The notes under the pieces are model-generated. The model was given only the letters and a program-made list of their open reading frames with translations. It did no database searches and was not told where the DNA came from. The translations under genes and the position numbers were made by a program. From NCBI GenBank assembly GCA_003696505.1, contig RFHC01000063.1:1-47417 (forward strand): a stretch of DNA of 47,417 nucleotides. Direction: 5' to 3'. Shown one piece after another: positions 17,888 to 26,798 of this stretch. This DNA comes from Deltaproteobacteria bacterium. Its GTDB lineage: Bacteria > Desulfobacterota > Deferrimicrobia > J040. Every line of letters begins with the position of its first letter. The stretch's first letter is position 1.

Positions 17888-19069
17888 TCACATCCAGGGA
17901 ACCGCCGGATATACGGCGTCCGCGTTTTTCCTGTCCTCAGGATAGACGACGGTGAAATCGTTCCCCCGTATCTGGATGATGAGGCAGGTGAAGTATTTCG
18001 GGTCTCCCTTCTCGTCGAACGCGACCCTCCCGATGGGAGTGACCCGGTCCGTCTTCCTCAACTCCTCCAGAAGCCCCTCACGGTTCAACTTCCCTCTCTC
18101 GAAGGCTCTCTCCGCTGCCTCGAGCATCAGCTTCGCCCCGATATACCCGAGCATGGAGAGGTATGAAGGGTCCTTCCCGAACTTCTTGACGAAGAGGTCG
18201 ACGAAGGTCTTCTCCTCGTCCCTGGCCTCCTTCGGTGCCGTCCCCTTCTCCCAGAGGGAGGTGCCGTAGATGTAGTTACTCAGAGGCCCGAGTTCCTTAA
18301 TGAATTCGGGAGAGCCCACTCCCCAGGCCCCGATGTAGGCGTCCAGCTTCACCCCGAGGGTTTTCGCGCTCCGAATTGTCGCGACATAATCGGGGAAGTA
18401 CCCCTCGACGATGAGGATGTTCGCTCCCGACTCTTTCACCTTCAGGAGAAGCGGGTCGAAGTTCGTCGTCTTCGCGGCAAACTTCTCGAAGAAGACGACG
18501 GGTATTTTCTCAGACTCGAGCATTTTTTTAATGTTATTCGCAATGTCAAGCGTCGCCACTTTGCTGTTCGAGATGATTGCGACCTTTTTCTCACCGGAGA
18601 AAACGTCCCGGATGAGGCCGAGCTGTGCCTTCGCGTAGCCGGGAATGTTGTTCACCCGGTAGTAGTTCTTGAGCCCCCGGGCAGTGAGCTTCGAGCTGAC
18701 ACCCCCTACGGAGAGATATGCTACACCGTATTGAGCTGCCGTTTCGGAGGAAGGGCCGATAATGTGGCTTCCGTATCCCCCGTTAATTCCGATGACTCCC
18801 TCCCTGGCGATGAGTTTCTCAACAGCTGCAACCCCTTTCTGGGGGCTGCTCTCGTCGTCTACGACGATCATCTTCGCCTTCAACTTCCCTCCACGGGAGT
18901 TGAACTCATCAAAGGCAATCTGAGCCCCTTCAAGGCATCCCTGCCCGTGCTTGGCGAGTTTCCCCGTCAGGGGGTACTGGACCCCGATCTTCACCGTTTC
19001 CCCGAATCCTTTGTGGGGAAGAACAAGCAAGAAAACGAAACTGACAAAAAACAGAGTAAACTTCTTCAT
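17888..19069 (-). CDS. ABC transporter periplasmic substrate-binding protein (LivK/type I PBP)
   Basis: 393 aa. The signal peptide is MKKFTLFFVSFVFLLVL, followed by IKIGVQYPLTGKLAKHG characteristic of Leu/Ile/Val-binding-protein-family receptors. Confidence 0.85.
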   Translation of the reverse strand: MKKFTLFFVSFVFLLVLPHKGFGETVKIGVQYPLTGKLAKHGQGCLEGAQIAFDEFNSRGGKLKAKMIVVDDESSPQKGVAAVEKLIAREGVIGINGGYGSHIIGPSSETAAQYGVAYLSVGGVSSKLTARGLKNYYRVNNIPGYAKAQLGLIRDVFSGEKKVAIISNSKVATLDIANNIKKMLESEKIPVVFFEKFAAKTTNFDPLLLKVKESGANILIVEGYFPDYVATIRSAKTLGVKLDAYIGAWGVGSPEFIKELGPLSNYIYGTSLWEKGTAPKEARDEEKTFVDLFVKKFGKDPSYLSMLGYIGAKLMLEAAERAFERGKLNREGLLEELRKTDRVTPIGRVAFDEKGDPKYFTCLIIQIRGNDFTVVYPEDRKNADAVYPAVPWM

Positions 19070-19088
19070 TTGCCCCCTCCTTTCTTTT

Positions 19089-19805
19089 TTAAAGTCCCAG
19101 ATAGGCCCTCCTCACTTTCTCGTTTTCCTCCGCCTCTTCAGGTGGGCCGGAAAAACGGATCTCTCCGTTCTCCAGGACCCACACATAGTCTGAAATCTCG
19201 ATTGCCTTCTTCGCGTTCTGCTCCACCAGGAGCACCGTCTTTCCCGCTTCCCTCATTCGTTCAATGACCCGGAAAACCTCCGCCACGACCATCGGAGCGA
19301 GCCCGAGGGAGGGCTCGTCGAGCAACACCATGTCCGGGTCACCCATAAGTGCCCTGCCAATTGCAACCATCTGCTGCTCTCCCCCGGAGAGGGTGCGGGC
19401 AGTCTTTCTCAGGAGACGCCTCAGGTGGGGAAAGATTTCCAGCACCTCTTCGAGCCTCTCCTCCAGAGAATCTCCCTCTCTCCGCAGGAGATACCCCATC
19501 TCCAGGTTCTCCCTGACGGTCATATCTCCCCAGAGCCTCCTTCCCTCAGGGACGAGGGCAATCCCTTTCCGGGCAATCTGGTGAGTTTTCAACCCTCTCA
19601 CGCTCTCTCCCCTGAAGGTGATCTCCCCCTCGATGGGGGGAAGAACTCCCATGACCGTCCTCATCAGAGTCGTTTTCCCCGACCCGTTCGACCCGAGAAC
19701 CACCGTTATCTTCCCCTCTTCCGCCGACAGCGATACGCCCCTGAGGACGACAACCTCGCCGTATCCTGCAACAACACCTGACAGGCTGAGGATGGCTTCC
19801 GGCAC
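19089..19805 (-). CDS. ABC transporter ATP-binding protein (LivF-like)
   Basis: 238 aa with Walker A GSNGSGKTT, signature LSGGEQQM and Walker B VLLDEPS. Confidence 0.9.
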   Translation of the reverse strand: MPEAILSLSGVVAGYGEVVVLRGVSLSAEEGKITVVLGSNGSGKTTLMRTVMGVLPPIEGEITFRGESVRGLKTHQIARKGIALVPEGRRLWGDMTVRENLEMGYLLRREGDSLEERLEEVLEIFPHLRRLLRKTARTLSGGEQQMVAIGRALMGDPDMVLLDEPSLGLAPMVVAEVFRVIERMREAGKTVLLVEQNAKKAIEISDYVWVLENGEIRFSGPPEEAEENEKVRRAYLGL

Positions 19806-19806
19806 G

Positions 19807-20514
19807 CTACACCCCGAGGTACGCTTCTATGACGCCCCTGTCCCTCGTCGCCTCATCCGGAGGACCCTCGAAAATCTTCTCCCCGAAATTGAGGACGATA
19901 ATTCTCTCGCAGAGGGCATGGATGACGTGCATGTTGTGCTCCACCACAACGATGGTGAGCTTCTCCTTATCCTTTACCCGTCTCACCGTCTCGAGCATCC
20001 CCTCCACCTCGCGGGGGAGGAGACCGGCCATTACCTCGTCCAGAAGGAGGAGCACCGGAGAAGTGGCGAGAGCCCGGGCAAATTCGAGTTTCTTCTTCTC
20101 CGGAAGGCTCAGATTCCGCGCGGGAACATCCGCTTTCTTACCCAGCCCGAAGAGGTCGAGTATCTCTTGAACCCTCCCCTCTCCTGCCCTCCGGGGTTCC
20201 CGCCCGAAGAGGCAACTCGCCCTGACGTTTTCCTCAACGGAAAGGTCCGCCAGCGGTCGAACCAGCTGAAAGGTCCGGGCGACGCCCAGTTTTACTATCC
20301 GGTTCGGGCGAAGGCCGTCAATCCTCCTCCCCCGGAAGACGACGCGCCCCTCATTCGGCCTGAGGAAACCCGTGATGATGTTGAAGAGAGTCGTCTTCCC
20401 CGCCCCGTTGGGACCGATGATCCCCACTATCTCCCCCTCTTTCACGGCGAAGGTAAGGTCGCGAAGGACGGTAAGCCCCCCAAAACTCTTCGTCACCCCC
20501 TCAACCTTCAGCAC
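19807..20514 (-). CDS. ABC transporter ATP-binding protein (LivG-like)
   Basis: 235 aa with Walker A GPNGAGKTT and Walker B LLLDEVMAG. The signature region is degenerate (LSLPEKKKLEFARAL). Confidence 0.9.
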   Translation of the reverse strand: MLKVEGVTKSFGGLTVLRDLTFAVKEGEIVGIIGPNGAGKTTLFNIITGFLRPNEGRVVFRGRRIDGLRPNRIVKLGVARTFQLVRPLADLSVEENVRASCLFGREPRRAGEGRVQEILDLFGLGKKADVPARNLSLPEKKKLEFARALATSPVLLLLDEVMAGLLPREVEGMLETVRRVKDKEKLTIVVVEHNMHVIHALCERIIVLNFGEKIFEGPPDEATRDRGVIEAYLGV

Positions 20515-21662
20515 TCTCCCCCCTTTTTCAGGCAGTGCCTGGCAATAATGAGCCTCTGAATTTCTGACGTCCCCTCGTAAATTCTCGTGAGGCGGAGGTC
20601 TCTGTAAAATCGCTCCACTGGAAGGTCCTTCATGTATCCCATCCCCCCATGGACCTGGAGCGCCCGGTCAGCTATCTCGCACGCCTTCTCTGTGGCGAAA
20701 AGTTTTGCCATCGCCACACGGTGAGGAATCTTCTTCCCCTCGTCCATTTCCGCAGCGGCGGAGTAAATCATATTTTCCATTGCGTATATCTCCACGGCGG
20801 AATCGGCGATCATCCACTGGATCGCCTGAAAGCTCCCGATGGGCTTCCCGAAGGCAACCCTCTGATTCGCGTGCTCCACCATCATTTCGAGGAGCTTCCT
20901 GGCTGCGCCGAGGGCGCTGGCGGCTATTATGAGACGACCCTTGTCGAGGACTTCCATGGCGAGGCGGAAGCCCTTCCCCTCTCCGCCCACGACGTTTCCG
21001 GCAGGGACGCGGCAGTCGTCAAAGAAAAGCTCGCAGGTGTGCGACCCGCGGAGCCCCATCTTTTTCTCCGGCGGACCTACAGTGAACCCTGGAGTTCCCC
21101 GCTCTACCAGGAACATGGTGAGTCCGTCGTGCTTTTTCTCCCTGTCTGTCACGGCAATGACAGAAAAGAGGGAGGCTACGTCGGCGTTCGTGATGAACTG
21201 CTTCGTCCCGTTGAGGACGTAATTATCCCCCGCTCTAACGGCACTTGTCTTGATTCCGGCCGCATCGGAGCCTGCGCCGGGCTCAGTGAGTGCGAAGGCA
21301 GTGATGTATTCCCCCGTCGCGATTTTCGGGAGATACTTCTCCTTCTGCTCCGGAGTCCCCGCCAGGACGAGTCCGGTAACTCCAATACCGTTGTTCGTGC
21401 TGATAATCGTCCGGAAACACGCGTTGGTTCTCCCCATCTCCTCCATAACGGCGCACTGCCCCGTTACGGAGAAACCGAAGCCTCCGTACTCCTCGGGGAC
21501 GCTCATCCCGAAAAGGCCGAGCTGCCGCATCTTCGAGATGATCTCCTCAGGAATTCTGTCTTCCTCTTCAACCTGTGCGGATATCGGTTCAAGTTCCGTC
21601 TTGACGAATTTCCTCACCGTCTGGATGAAAATCTCCTCCTCCCGTTTCAGGACAATCCTCAT
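20508..21662 (-). CDS. Acyl-CoA dehydrogenase (short/medium-chain type)
   Basis: 384 aa with FALTEPGAGSDAAG, the catalytic-base region IYEGTSEIQRLIIAR, and GGMGYMKDLPVERFYRD. Confidence 0.9.
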   Translation of the reverse strand: MRIVLKREEEIFIQTVRKFVKTELEPISAQVEEEDRIPEEIISKMRQLGLFGMSVPEEYGGFGFSVTGQCAVMEEMGRTNACFRTIISTNNGIGVTGLVLAGTPEQKEKYLPKIATGEYITAFALTEPGAGSDAAGIKTSAVRAGDNYVLNGTKQFITNADVASLFSVIAVTDREKKHDGLTMFLVERGTPGFTVGPPEKKMGLRGSHTCELFFDDCRVPAGNVVGGEGKGFRLAMEVLDKGRLIIAASALGAARKLLEMMVEHANQRVAFGKPIGSFQAIQWMIADSAVEIYAMENMIYSAAAEMDEGKKIPHRVAMAKLFATEKACEIADRALQVHGGMGYMKDLPVERFYRDLRLTRIYEGTSEIQRLIIARHCLKKGGEC

Positions 21663-21693
21663 CCTCCCCTCCCTGGGGTTTTCCCCTCCTCAC

Positions 21694-21709
21694 TGCGAGG
21701 AGCGTGCCC
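21694..21709 (-). promoter_or_regulatory. Sigma-54 (-24/-12) promoter candidate for the acyl-CoA/ABC operon
   Basis: The minus strand reads GGGCACGCTCCTCGCA against the consensus TGGCACG-N4-TTGCA. The GG and GC dinucleotides have exact spacing and 14 of 16 positions match. The -12 element lies about 32 nt upstream of the ATG at 21662. Confidence 0.6.
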
Positions 21710-21783
21710 GTGGCAGCGAACCTAATTTCCCTTGACATTCAGCCATTTACGCCCCCTCCCCCCGTGAGGTATTCCTGAAGAAC

Positions 21784-21892
21784 GTTTCCATTCGGAAACA
21801 CTTGATGACGTTCTGGATTATACACGGCAGCACTGGAGGTTTCACGGAAATAAAATGTCGCAAAAAGGAAACGACAGTTTCCTGATGGAAAC
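21784..21892. promoter_or_regulatory. Cluster of GTTTCC/GGAAAC inverted repeats (candidate enhancer-binding sites)
   Basis: GTTTCC-attc-GGAAAC lies at 21784..21799. GGAAAC-gaca-GTTTCC-tgat-GGAAAC lies at 21867..21892. That is five copies of the hexamer, 80-185 bp upstream of the -24/-12 element. Confidence 0.4.
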
Positions 21893-21925
21893 GCCTGTAC
21901 CTGCGGGTGGAAGAGGAAAGGAGAA

Positions 21926-21946
21926 GGGGGAGGAATTTCCTCCCCC
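21926..21946 (-). terminator. Hairpin terminator after the cytochrome operon
   Basis: GGGGGAGGA-att-TCCTCCCCC forms a perfect 9-bp GC-rich stem. It starts 5 nt after the TAA at 21952..21954. On the minus strand a pyrimidine/T-rich stretch (TTCTCCTTTCC) follows. Confidence 0.5.
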
Positions 21947-21951
21947 GAATT

Positions 21952-23412
21952 TTACTTCTTCGCCAGAACCTTCTCGAAGAGTTTAATCGCCTCCTGCGCG
22001 TCCTCCTTGACCTTATCAAGGACGGCCTCGGCGTATTCCACGTTGTGGAATCCGTTGCCCAGTTTCACGAATCGGTAGTTGTAACGGGCCCTGTTGAGCT
22101 TTATCATCGCCCGTCGGAAATCGTCGTTCCTCGTCCTGACGGAGCGGGCGAGCTCCTCCGCGCGCTCGAGAATGGGGGCTGTCGCCTCGAGAGCTTCCTC
22201 AACCGTGCTCTTCCACTCGTCAAGAACTCCCTCATAGTCCTCGCCGTGGCATCCGATGCAGGCGGCCTCGGAGGCCTTGTAGGTCTGGCCGGTGAATTCC
22301 GCCTCGCCGGCCCCTACCTCCGGGACCTTGTGACAGCCGATGCAGTCAACCTGGGCGAGGAACATGACAGATGGCATCCTTTCAACGCCCTTTGCTCCCG
22401 TCCCGGCGTACATCTCTTTTGTAGCGTTGTGCTTGTTCTCGTGGCAGATGGAGCAGTCGTACTGGAGGGGTTCAACAGCCGTCCTCACCTTATGCTTGAT
22501 TTCGAAGTGACAGTGTGTGCAGTCCACCTTGTGTTCCGTCACGTGCATTCTGTGGATGAAGACCGTGTCCTCATACCTGGAGAGTCGTTTCTCGTCGTTG
22601 TGACACTGGAAACAGCGGTCCTTGGGAGCATCTCCCGTCCCCTGGATGGCGTCGAGGTGGCAATTCTGACAGTCCACTTTCCTCTCGCCGACGAAGTCCT
22701 GGTGATTGAAGGTGACTCCCTCAAACTCGATATCCTGCTTCGGGGCAGTGTGACAGGATGGACAACCTCCGATGGGCTCTTCCTGCCGCCCCTTGACCAT
22801 CCCCTTGAAGTGACAGAGGAAGCAGGTGTTCTCCGTCACCTCCATGTGATTTCCCACGACGATCTGGCTGTGACACGACGTGCACCTGAGCTTCTTTCCC
22901 CTTCTCTCCTGGGTCAGATGGGGTTTGTGGTCGAACTTGATCCCTCTCTTGAAGATGACCTGCCCCTCCAGGAGGCGCTTCTCGTGGCATCCCTTCCTGA
23001 GACAGGAATCGTCGCTAATCTCTGCGTAGGGCTTCGAGCTGTAGGTTCGCGTCACGTACTTCACCACCTGGGAAACAGCCTGGAACTTGAGCCAGAGCTT
23101 TTCCCTCAACTCCGGAGGGTAGTGGCAGTCCACGCAGGGAACGTGGTTGTGGCTCGAGGTTTTCCACGCCTCGTAGTAAGGCTTCATTATGTGACAGGAA
23201 CTGCAGAAGTAGGGACTGGTGGAGAACTCGAACATACCGATGGAAAAGATGAGAAAGAGGACCCCCAGGAACCCGAGAAACTTGAAGAATCTCGGGCGGA
23301 TGTGTAGCTTGTCCTCTTTCCCCTCGGGGATGTGCATCCCCAGGGTCTCGAGGACCCGGTGTTTCTTCCTGCCCCCTTCATTCCCCTTTTTGTCTCCACT
23401 GCCTGTAACCAT
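21952..23412 (-). CDS. NapC/NirT-like membrane-anchored multiheme cytochrome c (11 CxxCH plus 1 CX4CH)
   Basis: 486 aa. After one TM helix (FLGFLGVLFLIFSIGMF) comes FCSSCHIMKPYYEAWKTSSHNHVPCVDCH, the classic NapC/NirT opening. The remaining motifs are CTSCH, CFLCH, CPSCH, CQNCH, CFQCH, CTHCH, CSICH, CIGCH and CIGCH, plus CLRKGCH. The RBS is GAAGGAAGG. Confidence 0.85.
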   Translation of the reverse strand: MVTGSGDKKGNEGGRKKHRVLETLGMHIPEGKEDKLHIRPRFFKFLGFLGVLFLIFSIGMFEFSTSPYFCSSCHIMKPYYEAWKTSSHNHVPCVDCHYPPELREKLWLKFQAVSQVVKYVTRTYSSKPYAEISDDSCLRKGCHEKRLLEGQVIFKRGIKFDHKPHLTQERRGKKLRCTSCHSQIVVGNHMEVTENTCFLCHFKGMVKGRQEEPIGGCPSCHTAPKQDIEFEGVTFNHQDFVGERKVDCQNCHLDAIQGTGDAPKDRCFQCHNDEKRLSRYEDTVFIHRMHVTEHKVDCTHCHFEIKHKVRTAVEPLQYDCSICHENKHNATKEMYAGTGAKGVERMPSVMFLAQVDCIGCHKVPEVGAGEAEFTGQTYKASEAACIGCHGEDYEGVLDEWKSTVEEALEATAPILERAEELARSVRTRNDDFRRAMIKLNRARYNYRFVKLGNGFHNVEYAEAVLDKVKEDAQEAIKLFEKVLAKK

Positions 23413-23436
23413 GGCTGCACCTTCCTTCTGTGTGGT

Positions 23437-24738
23437 TTACTCCTCCCGGTCCCCTTCTTCCCGGCGCACCTGGAAGAGTTTCGCCACGAAGAGGAGACCG
23501 AGGATGAGGAAGAGTCCGGACCCGGCGAGGGCCACCCGCACCCTCAGCCTGTCCTGGGCACGCATCTTCTCCACTTCCTCTTCAGCGATACGTATCTGGT
23601 CATCGGCGTCGATGAGGTTTCGCCGAAGAATCCCGGGATTGAGAGCGTGGGTTTTGGGCCTCATCTGGACGAACTGAGCAGACAATTCCGTGACAGCGCT
23701 TTCAAGCCTGTCGATGAACTTCCCCGTTTTTTTCGCTTCTTCGAGGACGCCTGTCAGCTCCTCGAGCTTTTCCTGAACGAAGAGAATTTTCTCCTTTAAC
23801 TCCTGTCCCACCTTATACGCCTCTTCGGACTCGTCGTGGCAGTAACCGCAGTGTCCTTCTTCGCTCCCGTCAAACATGGCCGGCGTGGGAAGGTCGTTTT
23901 TGTGATTTCCATGGCAGTCGACGCAGCGCGGCTCACCCGTTTCCTTAACGGCCTCGCCGTGAGGGCCCATCCTGAAATACTCGTAAATGTTGGAGTGACA
24001 GTTACCGCACACGTTCGGCACCTCCTCAACGCCGGGAGGCCGGGCACCGTGGATTCCGTGACAGGTAGCGCAGTTCGGAACGAGGAGAGGGTTTTTCCCC
24101 TCAACTTCCCCGTACAGGATTTTCCCGTGGTACCCCTTGCGGTAGAGGTCGTACTGGTTTGCCGGGATACCGTACTTCGACATCAGTTCTTCGTTGGCGT
24201 GGCACTTCGCGCAGGTTTCCGGCACGTTCGTGTGAAATACAGATGAGAGAGGGTCGCTCTTTTTCCTGATTTCGTGGGTCCCGTGACAGCTCACGCAGGT
24301 GGCGACGTTCGGGTCTCCCTGAGCGAGGAGAATTCCGTGCTGGCTCGTCTTGTACTCCTCCCACTGGTCCGTCCGGAGGTTATACTGCTTCATCATCTTC
24401 ACATCGGAATGGCACGAACCGCAGAGTTCCGGTATCTCAAAGGGTGTTGGCACTCCCCGGAAGTTGTACTTCTCGCTCATCGAATCTTCCGAGGTGATGT
24501 ATGGATTTCCCCCGTGGCAGACGTCGCAGGTAATACCCACTTTCCGGTGAATGCTCTTCTCCCATCCATCTGCGGAGACTTTCATCCTCCCGCCCAGCTG
24601 GTAATGGCAGTTGTAACAACTGTTGTCCGTCTCTACCTTTCCGTGGGCAATTCCCCCGGTAAAAATCACACCGCACATCAGGAGGATGACGCAGAGGACG
24701 ACGGCGGCAACATTTCGCTTTGACCGGTTCTCCCTCAT
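23437..24738 (-). CDS. Nonaheme c-type cytochrome with N-terminal signal/anchor and C-terminal TM helix
   Basis: The start is set to the ATG at 24738 (MRENRSKRN), which forms an ATGA overlap with the upstream stop. The nine CxxCH motifs are CYNCH, CDVCH, CGSCH, CVSCH, CAKCH, CATCH, CGNCH, CVDCH and CGYCH. It shows the repeated pattern CxxCHGxHxI...DPLSSV...TCxKCH. The C-terminal helix is VALAGSGLFLILGLLFVAKLF. Confidence 0.85.
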   Translation of the reverse strand: MRENRSKRNVAAVVLCVILLMCGVIFTGGIAHGKVETDNSCYNCHYQLGGRMKVSADGWEKSIHRKVGITCDVCHGGNPYITSEDSMSEKYNFRGVPTPFEIPELCGSCHSDVKMMKQYNLRTDQWEEYKTSQHGILLAQGDPNVATCVSCHGTHEIRKKSDPLSSVFHTNVPETCAKCHANEELMSKYGIPANQYDLYRKGYHGKILYGEVEGKNPLLVPNCATCHGIHGARPPGVEEVPNVCGNCHSNIYEYFRMGPHGEAVKETGEPRCVDCHGNHKNDLPTPAMFDGSEEGHCGYCHDESEEAYKVGQELKEKILFVQEKLEELTGVLEEAKKTGKFIDRLESAVTELSAQFVQMRPKTHALNPGILRRNLIDADDQIRIAEEEVEKMRAQDRLRVRVALAGSGLFLILGLLFVAKLFQVRREEGDREE

Positions 24739-25172
24739 CACGAGAAATACCCCCAGGCCGTGAAGATGATGTAGAGTATGGCGAGCGTTATCCCGATTCT
24801 CAGGGCGTACGGCCTCTCTGAGGGACGAACGGACGGATTTCTGTCTATGAAAGGAAGGAAGAAGAGGAGGAGGCCGATTACTCCCTGGGCGAGAATGCCT
24901 ATGATTTTCGGCGCCCACATTCCGATGAACTGGAGCTTATCAGCGGCCTTCAAAAACTGGTACGCCGCCAGGAAGTACCACTCGGGTTTGATGTGTTCCG
25001 GCGTGACGTAAGGGTCTGCTTTTGGAAGGTAGGGAGGAGGGAAAAAGGCCGCAAGGGAAACGAGTAGCGCCATGAGGATGCAGATGAGAACGAGTTGCTT
25101 CAATATGTGGTTCGGATAAAAGGGCTCAGACCCGTATTTCCAGGTTTTTTCCTTTTCCACGGTTCCCTCCAT
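24738..25172 (-). CDS. Cytochrome b C-terminal domain protein (b6f subunit IV-like)
   Basis: It has the PEHIKPEWYFLAAYQFLK block and three TM helices. I chose the ATG at 25172, 7 nt after the cytochrome b6-like stop. The track ORF begins at a TTG at 25202 instead, so the start is uncertain. Confidence 0.8.
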   Translation of the reverse strand: MEGTVEKEKTWKYGSEPFYPNHILKQLVLICILMALLVSLAAFFPPPYLPKADPYVTPEHIKPEWYFLAAYQFLKAADKLQFIGMWAPKIIGILAQGVIGLLLFFLPFIDRNPSVRPSERPYALRIGITLAILYIIFTAWGYFS

Positions 25173-25179
25173 GAGTCTC

Positions 25180-25953
25180 TCAAAGCGGGTCGGCAATGCC
25201 AAGCCGACGAATCATTAGGAAGTGAACGGTCAGAAAAAGCATCGTTATCCCGGGAAGGATGACGACGTGCATCGCGAAGAACCTCGTGAGCGCGAGCTGT
25301 CCCACATCGTGTCCCCCCCGGATGAGGTATTTCAGCGTTTCCCCCACAAGGGGGATGGCTGACACTCCCTCCGTCCCCACCGTCGTCGCCCAGTAAGAGA
25401 GCTGATTCCAGGGGAGGAGGTACCCGGAAAAGCCGAAACCGAGGGTGAGTGCGAGGAGAACCACTCCCGAAACCCAGGTAAGCTCCCTCGGTGGCTTATA
25501 AGCGCCCGTGAGGAACACGCGGAGCATGTGGAGGAAGACCATCACGATGAGGAGGCTCGCCCCCCACGCGTGCATTCCCCGAATGAGCCATCCGAAAGGG
25601 ACCTGTCCTGTTATCTCCATCACAGACTGATACGCCTCTGAGACCGTGGGCCGGTAGTAAAAAAGGAGGAGCACTCCCGTGAGAATCTGAACGAGGATGA
25701 GAACGAAGGACATTCCGCCGAGGCACGCGAGCAGGTTCGTCTCCAGTTTCGTCCGGTAGTGAGGCGCCGGTTTTTTCAACTGCTGGGCCAGTGCCTCGTC
25801 GAAGTCGAGCCTGTCGTCCAGGGCCCCGTAGAGGAACCCGATGAGGGACATGAGGTTGAGGATGTCTATGTATGCCCGCTTTTTCGTCTCTTCCAGGTCG
25901 GTCTGAGGTTGCCTCTCCGTATCGTTTTTCTGACTCCCTGTCATTCCCCTCAT
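25180..25953 (-). CDS. Cytochrome b N-terminal domain protein (cytochrome b6-like)
   Basis: 257 aa with HAWGASLLIVMVFLHMLRVFLTGAYKPPRELTWVSGV and RFFAMHVVILP blocks carrying the heme-ligating His residues. Its start overlaps the Rieske stop by 4 nt. Confidence 0.85.
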   Translation of the reverse strand: MRGMTGSQKNDTERQPQTDLEETKKRAYIDILNLMSLIGFLYGALDDRLDFDEALAQQLKKPAPHYRTKLETNLLACLGGMSFVLILVQILTGVLLLFYYRPTVSEAYQSVMEITGQVPFGWLIRGMHAWGASLLIVMVFLHMLRVFLTGAYKPPRELTWVSGVVLLALTLGFGFSGYLLPWNQLSYWATTVGTEGVSAIPLVGETLKYLIRGGHDVGQLALTRFFAMHVVILPGITMLFLTVHFLMIRRLGIADPL

Positions 25954-26378
25954 CCTCCAACGACGATTTTGTCACCGGCCACTCTCGCGTCGTACACCCT
26001 CAGCGGAGAGGGGGGAGGGCCTGCAAGGACGGAACCGTTCAGGTCGAATTTCCCTCCGTGGCAGGGGCAGGAGATGAACCCCTCCTTTTTATACATGACG
26101 ATGCACCCCAGGTGGGTGCAGACGGCGGAAAGCGCGTAGACCCTATCGCCCGTCCTGACCACGATAACCTTGTCCCCCCGGAAGGGATACACCTTGTACC
26201 CGTTAAGGGGGACCTCTTCCAGCGGAACGGACAACGCCTCTCCCGACGTGCGGGCCCCGCTCCTCGGCCAGAGAAATGAGATAACCGGGTAGAGGACAGA
26301 GAGCCCGATCACTCCGCCGACGAGAGCGATGAGTCCGTTGAGGAACTTTCTCCGGGTCGTCTTCCCTTCCTCCGCCAT
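25950..26378 (-). CDS. Rieske [2Fe-2S] protein with twin-arginine signal
   Basis: 142 aa. It has a TRRKFLNGL Tat motif followed by a TM helix. The cluster boxes are CTHLGC and CPCHGG. Confidence 0.9.
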   Translation of the reverse strand: MAEEGKTTRRKFLNGLIALVGGVIGLSVLYPVISFLWPRSGARTSGEALSVPLEEVPLNGYKVYPFRGDKVIVVRTGDRVYALSAVCTHLGCIVMYKKEGFISCPCHGGKFDLNGSVLAGPPPSPLRVYDARVAGDKIVVGG

Positions 26379-26385
26379 GAGAGCA

Positions 26386-26766
26386 TCACTCCTCTTCGAT
26401 GAATTCCTCGTATTCCTCTTCGGTCATCAACTCTTCCAGCTCGTCGGGGTCGGAAATTTCGATTTCGACGAGCCAACCCTTCCCGAAGGGATCAGTGTTT
26501 ATCAGGGAAGGGTCGTCGATGACGTTTTCGTTCACATTGATGATGGTCCCGGATATGGGAGAGATGAGCTCCGCCACGGCCTTCTGCGACTCTATCTCTC
26601 CGAAGCTGTCTCCGGCGTCGACGTAGGTGTCCGCGTCCGTCAGGTTCACCTCGTCAATCTGCCCCAGTTGCTCCTGCGCGAAATCCGTTATTCCCAGGCG
26701 GGCCACATCTCCGTCGACGAGAACCCACACGTGGTCCTCTGAAAATCTCAGTCTCTCTTCGCCCAT
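26386..26766 (-). CDS. gcvH: Glycine cleavage system H-type lipoyl carrier protein
   Basis: 126 aa with the HVWV..DGDVARLGITDFAQEQLG opening, the lipoyl-lysine block GEIESQKAVAELISPISG, and an acidic C-terminus. Confidence 0.85.
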   Translation of the reverse strand: MGEERLRFSEDHVWVLVDGDVARLGITDFAQEQLGQIDEVNLTDADTYVDAGDSFGEIESQKAVAELISPISGTIINVNENVIDDPSLINTDPFGKGWLVEIEISDPDELEELMTEEEYEEFIEEE

Positions 26767-26798
26767 GAGCCGACTCCGTTGGGAAATGTTCGTTTATT

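Noticed and set aside
21747-22019. 90-aa minus-strand ORF, Arg-rich at its N-terminus (MIRSRRTRRRRLNSSRR...), spanning the cytochrome gene's 3-prime end and the intergenic region.
   Set aside because: It overlaps the 3-prime end of the 11-heme gene in another frame, has low-complexity basic sequence, and runs through the terminator hairpin and the repeat cluster.
21907-23307. 466-aa plus-strand ORF opposite the 11-heme cytochrome. Similar antisense ORFs lie at 38766..39608, 39548..40582 and 40771..42504, opposite the second cytochrome operon.
   Set aside because: The sense strands encode ordered CxxCH arrays, signal/anchor helices and RBS-coupled starts. The antisense products have none of these and have low-complexity composition.
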